Shown in pieces: positions 36,083 through 46,826 of a DNA stretch of 64,000 nucleotides (the stretch's first letter is position 1; each line of letters begins with the position of its first letter). The notes beneath the pieces are model-generated. The model saw nothing but the letters and a program-made list of their open reading frames with translations, ran no database searches and was not told where the DNA came from. The translations under genes were made by a program, and so were the position numbers. Origin of the DNA: Candidatus Saccharimonadia bacterium (GTDB lineage Bacteria > Patescibacteriota > Saccharimonadia > Saccharimonadales > 2-12-FULL-41-12); NCBI GenBank assembly GCA_963717365.1, contig OY970327.1:927752-991751 (forward strand). The letters run 5' to 3'.

Positions 36083-37306
36083 TCAACTAAAGATGAAATT
36101 GTATAACTTCTTCAGAATAATATTCCGTTCAAAGTGTTTGAAGTGATAAGTCCGCCCGCGTTCACCCATTTTCCGCCTTTCCGGCTCAGGTAATAGATAA
36201 ATTTTCTTTATATTCTTAGCCAGCTCTTTCGAGTCTCCGGTAGGACTGGCGTAGCCGCAGCGGGCCTTATTATTAACAAGATCCTGTACTTCGCCGTCCA
36301 TCGCCAGGACCATCGGTTTGCCCGATGCAAAATAGGACATAACTTTAGCCGGGATAGTTGCTTCTAGCAGTTCGCTTTTGACCAAACAGCCAATCAGAAG
36401 ATCTGACAAAGTTGAATATTTCGGTATATCTTCTAGGGGTTTCATGCCTTCAAAATAGAAATTAGGCAGTTTTGCTTTATTTACTTCTTTTTCCAGCCAT
36501 TTCCTGGACATGCCATCACCAACAATTATCCAGTTAATATCGATTATTCCATCCTCTTTAAGGTATTTGGCTGCACCAATGATGGTTTCGAATGACTGTG
36601 CCGGACTAATATTTCCAGCGTACAGAATATTGAAGCCTTTCTTAAATTTATTGGCTAGAATTTTGTCGTACTTATCTGTTTCGTATATTTTTTCGCTGGT
36701 TTGCGGCAAAACCAAAATTTTTGATTCTGCCAGGCCAGTTACCTCAACAATGCGATCTTTCATTCTCTCAGACAGCACCACTATCTTATCCACTTTTTTA
36801 TAATGCCAATGCGAAATTTTGGTTACCAGCTTCCGCAGGAATGGATTTTTAATGTCTAAAACAGAGAATAAGTTTTCGGGCCATAGATCAAGCACATACA
36901 TCGTAGTTGGAGTTTTTTTGATTTTACCAATGATGATCCCGGCAAAGGACATCATCACAGGGGAAAGCTGATAAAGGAAAATTTGATCGTACCTTTTTGT
37001 CAGAAGCCGGGGTATGTGGAAGATGCTGGCTATTGGAAACGATATATAGTTAATGAGTATTCGAAAGTTTGAATTGTTTCCCCGTGGAATCTCGGAAACC
37101 CGCCTAATGGCTATGCCGTTCCTTTGCTGCTTTTTATTCCTAAAAAAATAGTAGCCTTTAAAGAATTTACCTTTTGGGTAATTTGGTATCCCGCATAGTA
37201 CATCTACCTGGCATTCCTGTTCTACAATGTAATCGGCAATATCATTTATTCTGAATGACTCAGGCCAAAAGTGCTGGCAAACAATCAGGACTTTCTTGTG
37301 TTTCAT
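36083..37306 (-). CDS. wbuB: GT4 glycosyltransferase WbuB-like (L-FucNAc transferase type)
   Basis: N-terminus VLIVCQHFWPESFRINDIADYI is typical of WbuB. It sits downstream of the fnlA-fnlB-fnlC-type genes. Confidence 0.8.
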   Translation of the reverse strand: MKHKKVLIVCQHFWPESFRINDIADYIVEQECQVDVLCGIPNYPKGKFFKGYYFFRNKKQQRNGIAIRRVSEIPRGNNSNFRILINYISFPIASIFHIPRLLTKRYDQIFLYQLSPVMMSFAGIIIGKIKKTPTTMYVLDLWPENLFSVLDIKNPFLRKLVTKISHWHYKKVDKIVVLSERMKDRIVEVTGLAESKILVLPQTSEKIYETDKYDKILANKFKKGFNILYAGNISPAQSFETIIGAAKYLKEDGIIDINWIIVGDGMSRKWLEKEVNKAKLPNFYFEGMKPLEDIPKYSTLSDLLIGCLVKSELLEATIPAKVMSYFASGKPMVLAMDGEVQDLVNNKARCGYASPTGDSKELAKNIKKIYLLPEPERRKMGERGRTYHFKHFERNIILKKLYNFIFS

Positions 37307-37308
37307 GG

Positions 37309-38094
37309 CTAATAAGTCTTAGAGTTTTTTTCAAACAGACCAATAAAGACATCGCCTTTGTGTTTGAAAGAAAAGTAACGGAAAAGAACATACCAAACAT
37401 CATGCATGAGTTTGGAGAGGCGGCCCATTTTAGCAGTTGAAGTTTCGGAATAATTCTTAAAGAAAATCTGTGTAAGGTCGCGCAGAATTGGCGAGAAGAA
37501 CGGGAAGCCGGCGTAGAAGGTCTTAACGGTGGTATAGCCCTGCGATTCCATAAAAGTTTCTACCTGGTCTCGTTGGAAATTCCGGTAATGCCCGATATTT
37601 ACTTCGTAGGGGCGCATTCTTCCGGTTGGAAAAGAGAAAATTATGTACCGGTTATTTACTTTGATTAATTTTTTAACTAAGTCTTCCCAGTCATCGACAT
37701 GCTCAAGGACATCAAAGGCAGTTATCAGGTCGTACTTCTTTTTATAATTGGCTTTAGTAATATCTTCGCACGAGAATTTTATGCCTTGCGGCTTGCCGTA
37801 GGCTGTCTTTGCTACTTTTATAGCAGGTTCGGCAAAATCAAATCCGCTGACGTCCGCTTTTCTAAAATACTTTTTTAATATTGAAGTCTTATGGCCGATC
37901 CCGCAGCCTACGTCTGCGACTGACTTTACGTCTTTGGGGTTTACTTCCTCCATGGTCATAGTAAGCAAATCTTTAAACCACCGGCTGCCGGAGCTTTTTG
38001 AAAGATAGTCGACAGTGTTTTCATTAAAGAATTCGCCAAAAAACTCCTGGTTTACTTCTTCAACTGTTTTTACCTTTGCTTTTTTGTTTGCCAT
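37309..38094 (-). CDS. Class I SAM-dependent methyltransferase
   Basis: VADVGCGIGHKT is the SAM motif I. DLITAFDVLEHVDDWEDLVKKL is the post-I/II region. Confidence 0.75.
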   Translation of the reverse strand: MANKKAKVKTVEEVNQEFFGEFFNENTVDYLSKSSGSRWFKDLLTMTMEEVNPKDVKSVADVGCGIGHKTSILKKYFRKADVSGFDFAEPAIKVAKTAYGKPQGIKFSCEDITKANYKKKYDLITAFDVLEHVDDWEDLVKKLIKVNNRYIIFSFPTGRMRPYEVNIGHYRNFQRDQVETFMESQGYTTVKTFYAGFPFFSPILRDLTQIFFKNYSETSTAKMGRLSKLMHDVWYVLFRYFSFKHKGDVFIGLFEKNSKTY

Positions 38095-38108
38095 TTATAG
38101 ACGCTCCT

Positions 38109-39233
38109 TTATTTATCCCAAACTGTTTTATTGATTATTTTTGTGTAGCTCTGAATAATTTTTACTACTTTTGCAGATACGTTAGTATCGCTATAATCTG
38201 CCGCCAAAACAAGTTGCTCATTGTTTTGCTTCATTTCCCGGGATAACTCAATCGCCTGCTCTATATCGATAGTTTTAATGCCGCCAATGATTACCGATCC
38301 CTTGTCTATTACTTCAGGACGTTCGGTAGAAGTCCTTATTAGTACTCCGTTAAAATTAAGCATTGCACTTTCCTCGGAAAGAGTCCCGCTATCAGACAGC
38401 ACGCAAAACGAATTCTTTTGTAATTTGTTATAGTCAAAAAAACCAAACGGCTTTAAATTTTGTACCAGCGGATGAAGCTTAAACTTACGTTTTTTAATTC
38501 TATCCAAACTACGGGGATGAGTAGAATATATGACGGGCATTTTATACTTTTCGGCAATAGCATTTATAGCGTTCATGAGCGAGGTAAAGTTTTCCTCGTT
38601 ATCAATATTTTCTTCGCGGTGGGCAGAGACCAGAATATAACCGTCTTTTTTAAGTTTGAGGGTAGTAAGAATGTCGCTCGCTTCAATTTTAGATTTGCAG
38701 CTGCTTAAGACTTCACTCATTGGTGATCCGGTAACAAATATATGTTCTTTTCTGCCGCCTTCGGACAGTAAGTAGCGCCGCGAATGCTCCGTGTAGGGGA
38801 GATTTATGTCAGATATATGATCAACTATTTTTCTATTTATCTCCTCGGGAACATTCTGGTCGAAGCAGCGGTTGCCGGCTTCCATATGAAAAATCGGTAT
38901 TTTTAAACGTTTCGCGGGTATGGCGCTGAGCGCGCTATTCGTATCTCCAAGAATCAGCAGGGCATCAGGTTTTTCAGCGGCAAGGACTTTGTAACTTTTT
39001 GCGATAATGTTGCCAATCGTTTCACCCAGGTCGCCCCCCACGCTTTCCAGGTAATGGTCCGGTTCTCTAAGTTCAAGGTCTTCAAAAAATACCTGATTAA
39101 GCGTGTAATCCCAATTTTGTCCGGTGTGCACAAGTATGTGGTCAAAGTATGCATCGCATTTCTTTATCGTCGCCGACAAACGGATAATTTCCGGACGGGT
39201 ACCGATAATAGTCATTACTTTTAATTTCTTCAT
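38109..39233 (-). CDS. fnlC: UDP-N-acetylglucosamine 2-epimerase, non-hydrolysing (FnlC/CapG/WbjD type)
   Basis: VMTIIGTRPEIIRLS, LILGDTNSAL and VLSDSGTLSEE are typical WecB-family motifs. It abuts the fnlB stop. Confidence 0.85.
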   Translation of the reverse strand: MKKLKVMTIIGTRPEIIRLSATIKKCDAYFDHILVHTGQNWDYTLNQVFFEDLELREPDHYLESVGGDLGETIGNIIAKSYKVLAAEKPDALLILGDTNSALSAIPAKRLKIPIFHMEAGNRCFDQNVPEEINRKIVDHISDINLPYTEHSRRYLLSEGGRKEHIFVTGSPMSEVLSSCKSKIEASDILTTLKLKKDGYILVSAHREENIDNEENFTSLMNAINAIAEKYKMPVIYSTHPRSLDRIKKRKFKLHPLVQNLKPFGFFDYNKLQKNSFCVLSDSGTLSEESAMLNFNGVLIRTSTERPEVIDKGSVIIGGIKTIDIEQAIELSREMKQNNEQLVLAADYSDTNVSAKVVKIIQSYTKIINKTVWDK

Positions 39234-40346
39234 CTACACCTCCAGGTAGTAAGTGTCCGGATTGCCGGGATCGAATACTTCATCTGTCCAGAATAGCGTT
39301 ATTAGATCCGATACACCAGTATTCTGGATAGAGTGGATGTAGCCAGCCGGTATATCGACAACGCTAAGCTCTTCGCCAGTGACGCTGTATGTCAATATTT
39401 CATCAGAGTCCAGGTTTCGAAATTTAATATCAGCGAGCCCCTCTATAACAAGAAATTTTTCTATTTTTGTATGGTGCCAATGGTTCCCTCTGGTGATCCC
39501 CGGCTTTGTCCGCGATATAAATACTTGCCCGGCATTTTTAGATTTTATAAATTCCGAAAGCCAGCCCCTGGGATCGCGTTTCATTTCTAGCTTATAGGAA
39601 AAGTCTTTTTTGGGCAGGTATGAAGTATACGTGGCATATAAGAAACGCTCGAAAGGATCAATAAAATCAGGAATCAGCAACGTACTTCGGATCTCCTCAA
39701 AAGCAGTAAGCTTGCCTGCCAGTTCGCCTAAACTTACTTTAAAATCCCGGGGAACAGTACAGTCAGCCTGCAAACCAGTACGCTTATTTGATTTCATTTT
39801 CAGGATAAATTCTTTTACTACATCATCGATATAGACAAGTTTTAACACGGTAGCAGGGTCATTAATCTTTATTTCCAGACCGCGCGGTATATTATGGCAA
39901 AAGGTGGCAACAACAGAGTTGTAATTGGGCTTGCACCACTTGCCAAAAACATTCGGCAGGCGATATATGTACGCGGCCGATTTTGTTTTTTTGGCCCATT
40001 TCTTGATGAGATCTTCGGCCGTTTGTTTGCTTCTTCCATATGGATTATTAAGTTCGGCCTGCATTGACGAGCTAAATAGTAACGGAATATTGCGTTTACA
40101 CTCTGTGATTAGCGAAATTATTTGCTGGGTAAGCTCGTGGTTATCATTAAATTCAACCTCATCTTTTGGGCGGTTTACCCCAGCCAAATGAAATACAAAA
40201 TCAGCTTTATTAATATTTTTCTTTAAATCTTCTAATGAGTGGGTGCGGTTATGCTCTAGTACCTTCAGGTCCTTTTCCAGCCGCAGCTGGGCGCATAGGT
40301 TTTTGCCGATGAAGCCGGACGAGCCTGTTACAAGTACTGTTTTCAT
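39234..40346 (-). CDS. fnlB: FnlB/CapF/WbjC-type reductase (SDR N-domain + cupin C-domain) of UDP-L-FucNAc pathway
   Basis: Rossmann motif VLVTGSSGFIGKNL. The C-terminal cupin carries RGNHWHHTKIEKFLVIEG. Positioned between fnlA and fnlC. Confidence 0.8.
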   Translation of the reverse strand: MKTVLVTGSSGFIGKNLCAQLRLEKDLKVLEHNRTHSLEDLKKNINKADFVFHLAGVNRPKDEVEFNDNHELTQQIISLITECKRNIPLLFSSSMQAELNNPYGRSKQTAEDLIKKWAKKTKSAAYIYRLPNVFGKWCKPNYNSVVATFCHNIPRGLEIKINDPATVLKLVYIDDVVKEFILKMKSNKRTGLQADCTVPRDFKVSLGELAGKLTAFEEIRSTLLIPDFIDPFERFLYATYTSYLPKKDFSYKLEMKRDPRGWLSEFIKSKNAGQVFISRTKPGITRGNHWHHTKIEKFLVIEGLADIKFRNLDSDEILTYSVTGEELSVVDIPAGYIHSIQNTGVSDLITLFWTDEVFDPGNPDTYYLEV

Positions 40347-40353
40347 GGATGGG

Positions 40354-41370
40354 CTACTTTATAGCCTTCAGCTGATGCTTTATGTAGTCAGTCGTTTTCA
40401 GTTTTTTAATAATCTGTGCTACGTTCAGCCGTTCTGTATTGTGGGACGTATATTCTTCTATGACTGTTACTATTTTTTCACCTTCAATAAAATACTTGTC
40501 GTAGTTTAAGTCGCGGGTATCGGCTGGAACGCGAAAATAATTTCCCAGATCAGTGCACTTAGCTTTTTCTTCACGGGTGAGTAGTGTTTCGTGAGCTTTT
40601 TCACCATGTCGAGTGCCTATTACTTTTACCTTTGTGTCTGCATTGAATAATTCTTTCAATGCTTCGGCTAAATCCTGGACAGTACTGGCAGGAGATTTTT
40701 GTACAAACAGGTCACCTTGCCTCGCATTGTTAAAGGCGAATAGCACAAGATCAACCGCTTCGTCTAAATTCATAAGAAAGCGGGTCATTTTAGGATCAGT
40801 AATGGTGATGGCCTTACCTAGCTTAATTTGTTCTGTAAAAACGGGAATAACAGAACCTCGGGAAGCCATAACATTTCCGTATCGGGTACAGCTGATATTA
40901 GTTTTCGCAGGATCAACATTTCTGGACTTTGCAATAATTACCTTTTCCATCATAGCCTTGGAGGTTCCCATGGCGTTAATAGGGTAGGCCGCTTTATCCG
41001 TAGATAAGCAAACAACTTTTTTCACGCCTTCATCAATAGCTGCCGTCAGTACATTGTCTGTGCCTAAGACATTTGTGCGCACTGCTTCCATGGGGAAAAA
41101 CTCACAGGATGGGACCTGCTTAAGCGCGGCGGCATGAAATATAAAATCGACGCCTCTGACGGCTTCCCGGACACTTTCGAGGTTCCTGACGTCGCCAATA
41201 TAAAACTTTAATTTATCGCTTTTGAGAGCTTGTCTCATGTCGTCCTGTTTCTTTTCATCACGCGAGAAAATTCTAATTTCAGCGATATCGCTACTTAGAA
41301 ATCTTTTCAAAACCGCGTTGCCAAATGACCCAGTCCCACCGGTAATTAACAGTGTTTTGCCTTTAAACAT
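40354..41370 (-). CDS. fnlA: UDP-GlcNAc 4,6-dehydratase/5-epimerase (FnlA/CapE/WbjB type)
   Basis: KTLLITGGTGSFGNAVLKRFL, IRIFSRDEKKQ, YGNVMASRGSVIP and a conserved C-terminal tail. Confidence 0.9.
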   Translation of the reverse strand: MFKGKTLLITGGTGSFGNAVLKRFLSSDIAEIRIFSRDEKKQDDMRQALKSDKLKFYIGDVRNLESVREAVRGVDFIFHAAALKQVPSCEFFPMEAVRTNVLGTDNVLTAAIDEGVKKVVCLSTDKAAYPINAMGTSKAMMEKVIIAKSRNVDPAKTNISCTRYGNVMASRGSVIPVFTEQIKLGKAITITDPKMTRFLMNLDEAVDLVLFAFNNARQGDLFVQKSPASTVQDLAEALKELFNADTKVKVIGTRHGEKAHETLLTREEKAKCTDLGNYFRVPADTRDLNYDKYFIEGEKIVTVIEEYTSHNTERLNVAQIIKKLKTTDYIKHQLKAIK

Positions 41371-41442
41371 GGAGCTCCCTTAAGCTTAGCTATCTTTTAC
41401 TATTTTAACAGATTTACACCTTCCAGACTAACCCGGCCGAAA

Positions 41443-41805
41443 TTATTTTTTGGAATCGCGCGACATTTTAATTGAAAGTTCTTCATGCAAGTCTGAAACC
41501 TTCCTTTCCAGAAGATCAATTTTGGCGTAAAGCCGTATACATAGGGAAAGCGCTAGCATAATTCCAGTTACTAACACGACATCCGCAAGACTAAGCGGCG
41601 TAGTGTCGGTCAGCTGATTACTAAATAGGAAATTATAGAGGGTTTCAGCAAAAACTAATCCGGCAAGAATTACTCCCCAAAATAGCAAACGGTTCAATAA
41701 TCCGATCCTGCGAATCGTGCCTTCTTTGTACATAACAAAGGCTTTTATCAAACCGAATACTACAAACGGCAGGTTAAGGATGATGAGGAGGGTATATTTA
41801 TCCAT
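41443..41805 (-). CDS. DUF2304-like small membrane protein
   Basis: 120 aa, 3-4 TM helices plus a C-terminal amphipathic/coiled segment. It overlaps the upstream GT2 gene by 8 nt, the usual GT2+DUF2304 pairing. Confidence 0.55.
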   Translation of the reverse strand: MDKYTLLIILNLPFVVFGLIKAFVMYKEGTIRRIGLLNRLLFWGVILAGLVFAETLYNFLFSNQLTDTTPLSLADVVLVTGIMLALSLCIRLYAKIDLLERKVSDLHEELSIKMSRDSKK

Positions 41806-42529
41806 GGAAAATGCCTAATAGCCTTCTTTTTACCAACTGTCGGATTATCAGAATTGCTCCCCAGTTTTTCTGCCCTTTTTTCAGAGAGTAATCGGTATAT
41901 ATGGCTTGGATGGGGACTTCTTTAATACGCAAGTTCTCGCGGTGGGCTGACCATATCATCTCTGAACAGAAAGCATAATGGTTGCTGTGGAAAGATATTT
42001 TCCTTAGCGCCAGTTTGTTGTAGGCGCGGAGACCTGACTGTGAGTCCCCGACAAACACTCCAAACACTAAAAATGTGATAAAGCTTAACCCTTTATTTCC
42101 TAGAATTCTATACCAGGGCATGCCTTTCGTTTCGATTAAACGGCTGCCAATAATGTAGTCAATATCATCTTGGGCAATAGCCTTGGCGAGCTTGATAACA
42201 TCTTTTGCGCTGTGCTGGCCATCGCCATCCATTGTTATTACATAATCCGAGTTAAGTTTATTTGCCAGGTTAAATCCGGTACGGGTAGCCGCCCCCGCCC
42301 CCGAATTAAGCAGATGGTTGATAAGGTACACGTGTTTTCTCTTGGCCGCTATCGCTGACGTATCGTCATGCGACCCATCATTTACCACGATAATATTAAC
42401 CTGAAGATTATGGCTGTCGGCTTTAATCATTTTAGGTAAGCCATCGAGCACTTCTCCAATAACCTGACCTTCATTGTAAGCGGGGATAACAATAGAAAGT
42501 ATTTTATCCACGTCTTTAGTTGCTGACAA
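41798..42529 (-). CDS. GT2 polyprenol-phosphate glycosyltransferase-like
   Basis: [30 protein letters not shown] and ITMDGDGQH (DXD) are motifs of DPM1/GtrB-type GT2 enzymes. Confidence 0.85.
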   Translation of the reverse strand: MSATKDVDKILSIVIPAYNEGQVIGEVLDGLPKMIKADSHNLQVNIIVVNDGSHDDTSAIAAKRKHVYLINHLLNSGAGAATRTGFNLANKLNSDYVITMDGDGQHSAKDVIKLAKAIAQDDIDYIIGSRLIETKGMPWYRILGNKGLSFITFLVFGVFVGDSQSGLRAYNKLALRKISFHSNHYAFCSEMIWSAHRENLRIKEVPIQAIYTDYSLKKGQKNWGAILIIRQLVKRRLLGIFHG

Positions 42530-43379
42530 GCCGCTTAAGGTATTTCCCGTAACCGCTTTTTACCAAAGGTTCGGCAATTTTTGCAAGTTGTTCGGCGTTT
42601 ATAAACCCTTGCTGGTAAGCGATTTCTTCCGGACAGCCAATTTTAATGCCTTGGCGCTGTTCTACGACTTCAACAAATTGTGATGCCTGGTTCATGCTCT
42701 CAAATGTTCCGGTATCCAGCCAGGCGGTGCCGCGGTCAAGCAGACAGACTTTAAGCTTGCCCTTTTGCAGGTAGGCGTCAAGCACAGAGGTAATTTCAAC
42801 CTCGCCGCGTTCACTTGGTATAACATTTCTGGCAATCTCAACCACGTCGTTATCACAGAAATATAAACCGGCGTTGGCGTAATTTGATTTTGGCTTAGCT
42901 GGTTTTTCCTCAATAGAAATGACATTCATATCCTTATCAAATTCATAAACGCCGTACCGCTCTGGATCGGTTACCTGGGAAGCAAACCCAATCGCTCCGT
43001 CAATATCTACAAATTCCTTGAGCTGCTGGTCCATTTGCGAGCCATAAAATATATTATCGCCCAGAATCATAGCTACTTTGTCGGTACCTATAAAATCGGC
43101 GCCAATAGTGAAAGCCTGTGCCAGCCCTTCTGGCTTAGGCTGAACTTTATAGCTGAGATTAATACCCCATTCCGAACCATCACCAAGTAACTTGATAAAC
43201 TGGTCCTGCTCATGAGGGGTGGTAATAACCAGAATATCTTTTATACCAGCGCTCATCAGCGTGCTGAGCGGATAGTAAATCATCGGTTTGTCATAAATGG
43301 GCACCAGCTGTTTGCTGATACCTCGGGTAATTGGGTAGAGACGCGTGCCTGAGCCGCCAGCTAAAATAATTCCCTTCAT
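42516..43379 (-). CDS. rfbA: Glucose-1-phosphate thymidylyltransferase
   Basis: [42 protein letters not shown] is the near-canonical RmlA N-terminus. Confidence 0.95.
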   Translation of the reverse strand: MKGIILAGGSGTRLYPITRGISKQLVPIYDKPMIYYPLSTLMSAGIKDILVITTPHEQDQFIKLLGDGSEWGINLSYKVQPKPEGLAQAFTIGADFIGTDKVAMILGDNIFYGSQMDQQLKEFVDIDGAIGFASQVTDPERYGVYEFDKDMNVISIEEKPAKPKSNYANAGLYFCDNDVVEIARNVIPSERGEVEITSVLDAYLQKGKLKVCLLDRGTAWLDTGTFESMNQASQFVEVVEQRQGIKIGCPEEIAYQQGFINAEQLAKIAEPLVKSGYGKYLKRLVSN

Positions 43380-43441
43380 ATCTTGTAAATTATACCAACA
43401 ATTGATATAAAAACTACTAGAAACAGATAGAAAGTGAGATT

Positions 43442-43924
43442 GTGAATCAATCAGGCTACTGGTTCAGTGATGAAGACTATTCCGCAATACTAGATAACCT
43501 GGTAGTTGTCTGCGTGGATACGCTACTGTATGACTCCCGGGGCAGAATTTACCTGGGGATGAGAAAACGCCTACCGCTACTGGACTGGTGGATCTTTGGC
43601 GGCAGGATGCAGGCAAAAGAAACTAATATCGAAGCGGCTCAGCGCGGCTTGGAGCGGGAAGTTGCATATCTGCCTAAAAATGCACCTGAGCTAATTGGCT
43701 ATTTTGATTTGAAGTGGGACCGGCGGGCGGAAGTCCCGCAGGAACATGGCTGCCACGTACTGCTTGCTGCTATGAAGTGTAAACTCGAGGATGATGAAGT
43801 AGATTTGGTACAAGCCCAAGGCGAAGACCATTCCGAAGGACGTTGGTTTAGCCAGAATGAACTTATGCAGACCGAACTTAACCCATACCTGACGGCAATA
43901 ATTAGGCAGAGCCAGATTTTATGA
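43442..43924 (+). CDS. Nudix-family hydrolase (GDP-sugar hydrolase-like), GTG start
   Basis: Nudix-box-like [22 protein letters not shown] matches G-x5-E-x7-R...E-x-E partially. 160 aa. The start codon is GTG at 43442. Confidence 0.55.
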   Translation: MNQSGYWFSDEDYSAILDNLVVVCVDTLLYDSRGRIYLGMRKRLPLLDWWIFGGRMQAKETNIEAAQRGLEREVAYLPKNAPELIGYFDLKWDRRAEVPQEHGCHVLLAAMKCKLEDDEVDLVQAQGEDHSEGRWFSQNELMQTELNPYLTAIIRQSQIL

Positions 43925-43943
43925 GTCTGTTAAGGATAAAAGA

Positions 43944-44915
43944 ATGAATGAACGTATTGCACAACATTCGCAACTAACGGAATATATTTCAGACAAACTG
44001 AGCCACGAGCTAGACGAGGATTTGCGCTTTAAGGAATTTCAGGGTGGCTTCACTCCTATTAAGAAATTTATTGCGGAGAAAGACGGCCACAAAGTTTATT
44101 TTATAAAATACGTAGAGCGTTCATCGGAGCCGGTGCATGCTGCCATGACTGATTTTGAAGCAAAATTTTATGGTATTGTGGCGCAGATCGGGGAAGCTAA
44201 GGGGTTGTTCCCAGAGCTCCAGTTTCAACAATCAACCAATGAATACTCGCTTATCGCGTTAAGTTATGTAGACGCTGCTTGGGGCGTAACCAATTCTGTT
44301 GACCAAGTGGATCAACTGGCACAGGGGTTGAAGGTGCTATCCTCTACTGGCATAAACAACGATCTGAAGACAGAATTAAAATATATTGATAAAGCGAGAA
44401 AAAAGTTTTTGTCAGTACATGATCCTAAAACAGTACCCCGCACTCAGCAGCCGGAAAATATCAGGCAGGCATGGAGCGGCAATGGGTTTCTAGATAGTGT
44501 AAACCGGGATGAATACACACAATCAGACCCAGATATATACCAGGAAATTATCAATGCCTCTTCTCACTTTAAAGATACGGGCGGAATAGTTCTGCGGGAT
44601 TTGAATTTTGGTAATTTTGGCGTTACCTTACACGGTGCAGTATTTATTGACCCAGCCTTTGCCGGATTTGGCAGTGCGGCAGGTGACAGGGCTACGCTAG
44701 GATTAAACTTGTTGCTTGAGCCATCTTTATCAGAAGAGGTAAAGGAGCATGTGCGTCTAACGTTACTAGAGGACAGAAAAGCCTTAGCCTATAAGGCAAG
44801 CCAATATGTTGTAGCCGGTAGTTTGCCATACAACCCAGTCGATGAAGCAGAAACAGCATGGATAAAGTATCACCAGAAAGTAGCTGGCTTAGCTATTGCC
44901 GAGCTGAGAAAATGA
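43944..44915 (+). CDS. Protein-kinase-like/aminoglycoside-phosphotransferase-fold protein (putative small-molecule or sugar kinase)
   Basis: VLRDLNFGNFGV resembles the catalytic-loop HxDLxxxN motif. VFIDPAFAGFGS resembles the DFG/IDWE metal-binding motif. No clear Gly-rich loop was seen. Confidence 0.4.
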   Translation: MNERIAQHSQLTEYISDKLSHELDEDLRFKEFQGGFTPIKKFIAEKDGHKVYFIKYVERSSEPVHAAMTDFEAKFYGIVAQIGEAKGLFPELQFQQSTNEYSLIALSYVDAAWGVTNSVDQVDQLAQGLKVLSSTGINNDLKTELKYIDKARKKFLSVHDPKTVPRTQQPENIRQAWSGNGFLDSVNRDEYTQSDPDIYQEIINASSHFKDTGGIVLRDLNFGNFGVTLHGAVFIDPAFAGFGSAAGDRATLGLNLLLEPSLSEEVKEHVRLTLLEDRKALAYKASQYVVAGSLPYNPVDEAETAWIKYHQKVAGLAIAELRK

Positions 44916-45410
44916 CTCTACGCTCAGTCCAATAAACTCTAGTTGCGTAGCCACAATATTTTCTGGCAACGAAGTACTATTATAAAAAGTTCCTACCGGA
45001 GGTTCGCCCTCAATTTCAACAAAGAAAATTAATGCTAACTCAGAACCGCGGGCAACCTGATGGAAGGTGTTAGTTACAAAAACTGGCTGTTGTTTTAATT
45101 CTAATTGCAACTCATCTGTAAAAATTCGCCGGAAGGCATCTGAATAACTACCCTTTTGATCAGACGGGCGTAAGACGGTTCCTGGAGTGTGCTGTTGGCC
45201 AGGCCAATAGGGATCATCGGCCGGCCTTTCCAGCAACAAAACTTCAATATTCCCACCGTTTTTACGAAGCGGCACTATCTCAATAATAGGAGTTACTGAT
45301 AAACGCGTGATCTCCATAAAAATAGGTAACGGTAAGAACCCTGGTTGAAGATTAGATAAACCTTTGGCCGTGATCTCTATCTCGTTATCTTCCATCAAAT
45401 TGTTATCCAT
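44889..45410 (-). CDS. Nudix-fold-like protein with degenerate Nudix box, translationally coupled to rmlD
   Basis: VLLLERPADDPYWPGQQHTPGTVLRP...AFRRIFTDELQL has Nudix-like spacing but lacks the canonical G-x5-E. It overlaps the rmlD stop by 8 nt. Confidence 0.4.
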   Translation of the reverse strand: MDNNLMEDNEIEITAKGLSNLQPGFLPLPIFMEITRLSVTPIIEIVPLRKNGGNIEVLLLERPADDPYWPGQQHTPGTVLRPSDQKGSYSDAFRRIFTDELQLELKQQPVFVTNTFHQVARGSELALIFFVEIEGEPPVGTFYNSTSLPENIVATQLEFIGLSVESFSQLGNS

Positions 45411-46269
45411 TGCTATTCTTGGATTCCGCGGAAATATAACGCTTTAAATCTTCCTTCCAATCTTTGGGACTAAAGCCAGCTGCTTCAATCTTTGATAGAT
45501 CAAGCGTGCTTTTGAGCGGCCTGGGCGCTATACCTTCTTTTCCGGCGTAGTATTCTTCAGTAGTAGTATTGGTGACTGTTAGGTCATCCCGGCCAAGTTC
45601 CTGGAAAATACTTCGTGTTATGTCGGCCCAGCTGGCAGGCTCGCCGCTGTTGCTAAGGTTATATATTCCGTAATTAGCCCCAGTTGTAAGCAAATGGTCA
45701 ATAGCGCTTACTAAATCAGTAGTGAACGTGAGTCGTCCAACCTGATCATGTACAACCGTAGGGGAAATATTGCGCTCTGCCAGACTCATCATAGTTCGGA
45801 CAAAGTTTTTGCCGTCACCAATCAGCCAGGAAATGCGGAGAATGTAATGTTTGTGGCTGGTAGATACAGCTATATCACCGGCAGCTTTACTGGCTCCATA
45901 TACGGATAACGGGCTGGCCCCCTCGGTTTCAGTATGCAGTTCGCTAGTACCGTCAAAAACATACTCTGTTGAGATATGAACCAGTGTTATGTTGTGCTCG
46001 TCAGAAATCTTGGCCAGATTGGCAGCAGCAGTGGCATTGACTAGCCAGGCGGCCCGTCGTCCCTCTGTTGTCTCCGCGCCATCTACGTTAGTATAAGCTG
46101 CCGCATTGAGTATGTGGGTAACCCCAGACCAACTATAAGAAGCTAAGGCGGCAGGGTTTGAAATATCAAGCTCATTACTGTCAACGGCTGTAGCACCTGG
46201 GTATTTCGCTTGCAGAGCTTTGCCAAGTTGTCCATTTGCGCCAATGATAAGTATGTTGGATTCGTTCAC
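45403..46269 (-). CDS. rfbD: dTDP-4-dehydrorhamnose reductase
   Basis: ILIIGANGQLGKAL, the YGASKAAGD (YxxxK) motif, size and position after rmlC. Confidence 0.9.
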   Translation of the reverse strand: MNESNILIIGANGQLGKALQAKYPGATAVDSNELDISNPAALASYSWSGVTHILNAAAYTNVDGAETTEGRRAAWLVNATAAANLAKISDEHNITLVHISTEYVFDGTSELHTETEGASPLSVYGASKAAGDIAVSTSHKHYILRISWLIGDGKNFVRTMMSLAERNISPTVVHDQVGRLTFTTDLVSAIDHLLTTGANYGIYNLSNSGEPASWADITRSIFQELGRDDLTVTNTTTEEYYAGKEGIAPRPLKSTLDLSKIEAAGFSPKDWKEDLKRYISAESKNSNG

Positions 46270-46271
46270 TG

Positions 46272-46826
46272 CTATGCTCCAATCGGTGATAAGTCTTTAA
46301 GAAACGGATGAGCTTTATCTTTATCGGAAATAAGCTCATCACTAATCGGGATTGGCCATTGAATATTAAGATCGGGGTCACGCATATTAACAAATGTATA
46401 TTTAAGTTCCGGTGACCAATGGGCGTTAACCAGGTAAGTATATGTCACATTCTCGTCAAGCGTTTGGTAACCATTGGCAACGCCGCGCGGTACGAAGACA
46501 GCTTTTTCGGGCGTGATTTCAATAGTCAGAACCTTGCCAAATGAAGGTCCTGCCCGCAAATCTACCCAAGCGCCAAAGACGCTGCCATTGGCGACTGAAA
46601 TAAACTTTTCCCACGGTTCGGCATGCAAGCCGCGGGCAACGCCCTTTTCGGCGTTGAAAGAGAAGTTATTCTGGACAACTTCAAAGGCAGGCAAACCCAG
46701 AGCTTCCAGCTTTTCCTTTTGATAGTTTTCTTTAAACCAGCCGCGGTTGTCGCCGTGGACAATCAAATCGACTTCAAAAAACCCGGGGATGATTGTTTCG
46801 CGGACGGCAAGTTCTTTTGGCATCAA
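46272..46826 (-). CDS. rfbC: dTDP-4-dehydrorhamnose 3,5-epimerase
   Basis: HGDNRGWFKENY, RGLHAEPWEKF and VPRGVANGYQTL are cupin RmlC motifs. Confidence 0.9.
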   Translation of the reverse strand: MMPKELAVRETIIPGFFEVDLIVHGDNRGWFKENYQKEKLEALGLPAFEVVQNNFSFNAEKGVARGLHAEPWEKFISVANGSVFGAWVDLRAGPSFGKVLTIEITPEKAVFVPRGVANGYQTLDENVTYTYLVNAHWSPELKYTFVNMRDPDLNIQWPIPISDELISDKDKAHPFLKDLSPIGA

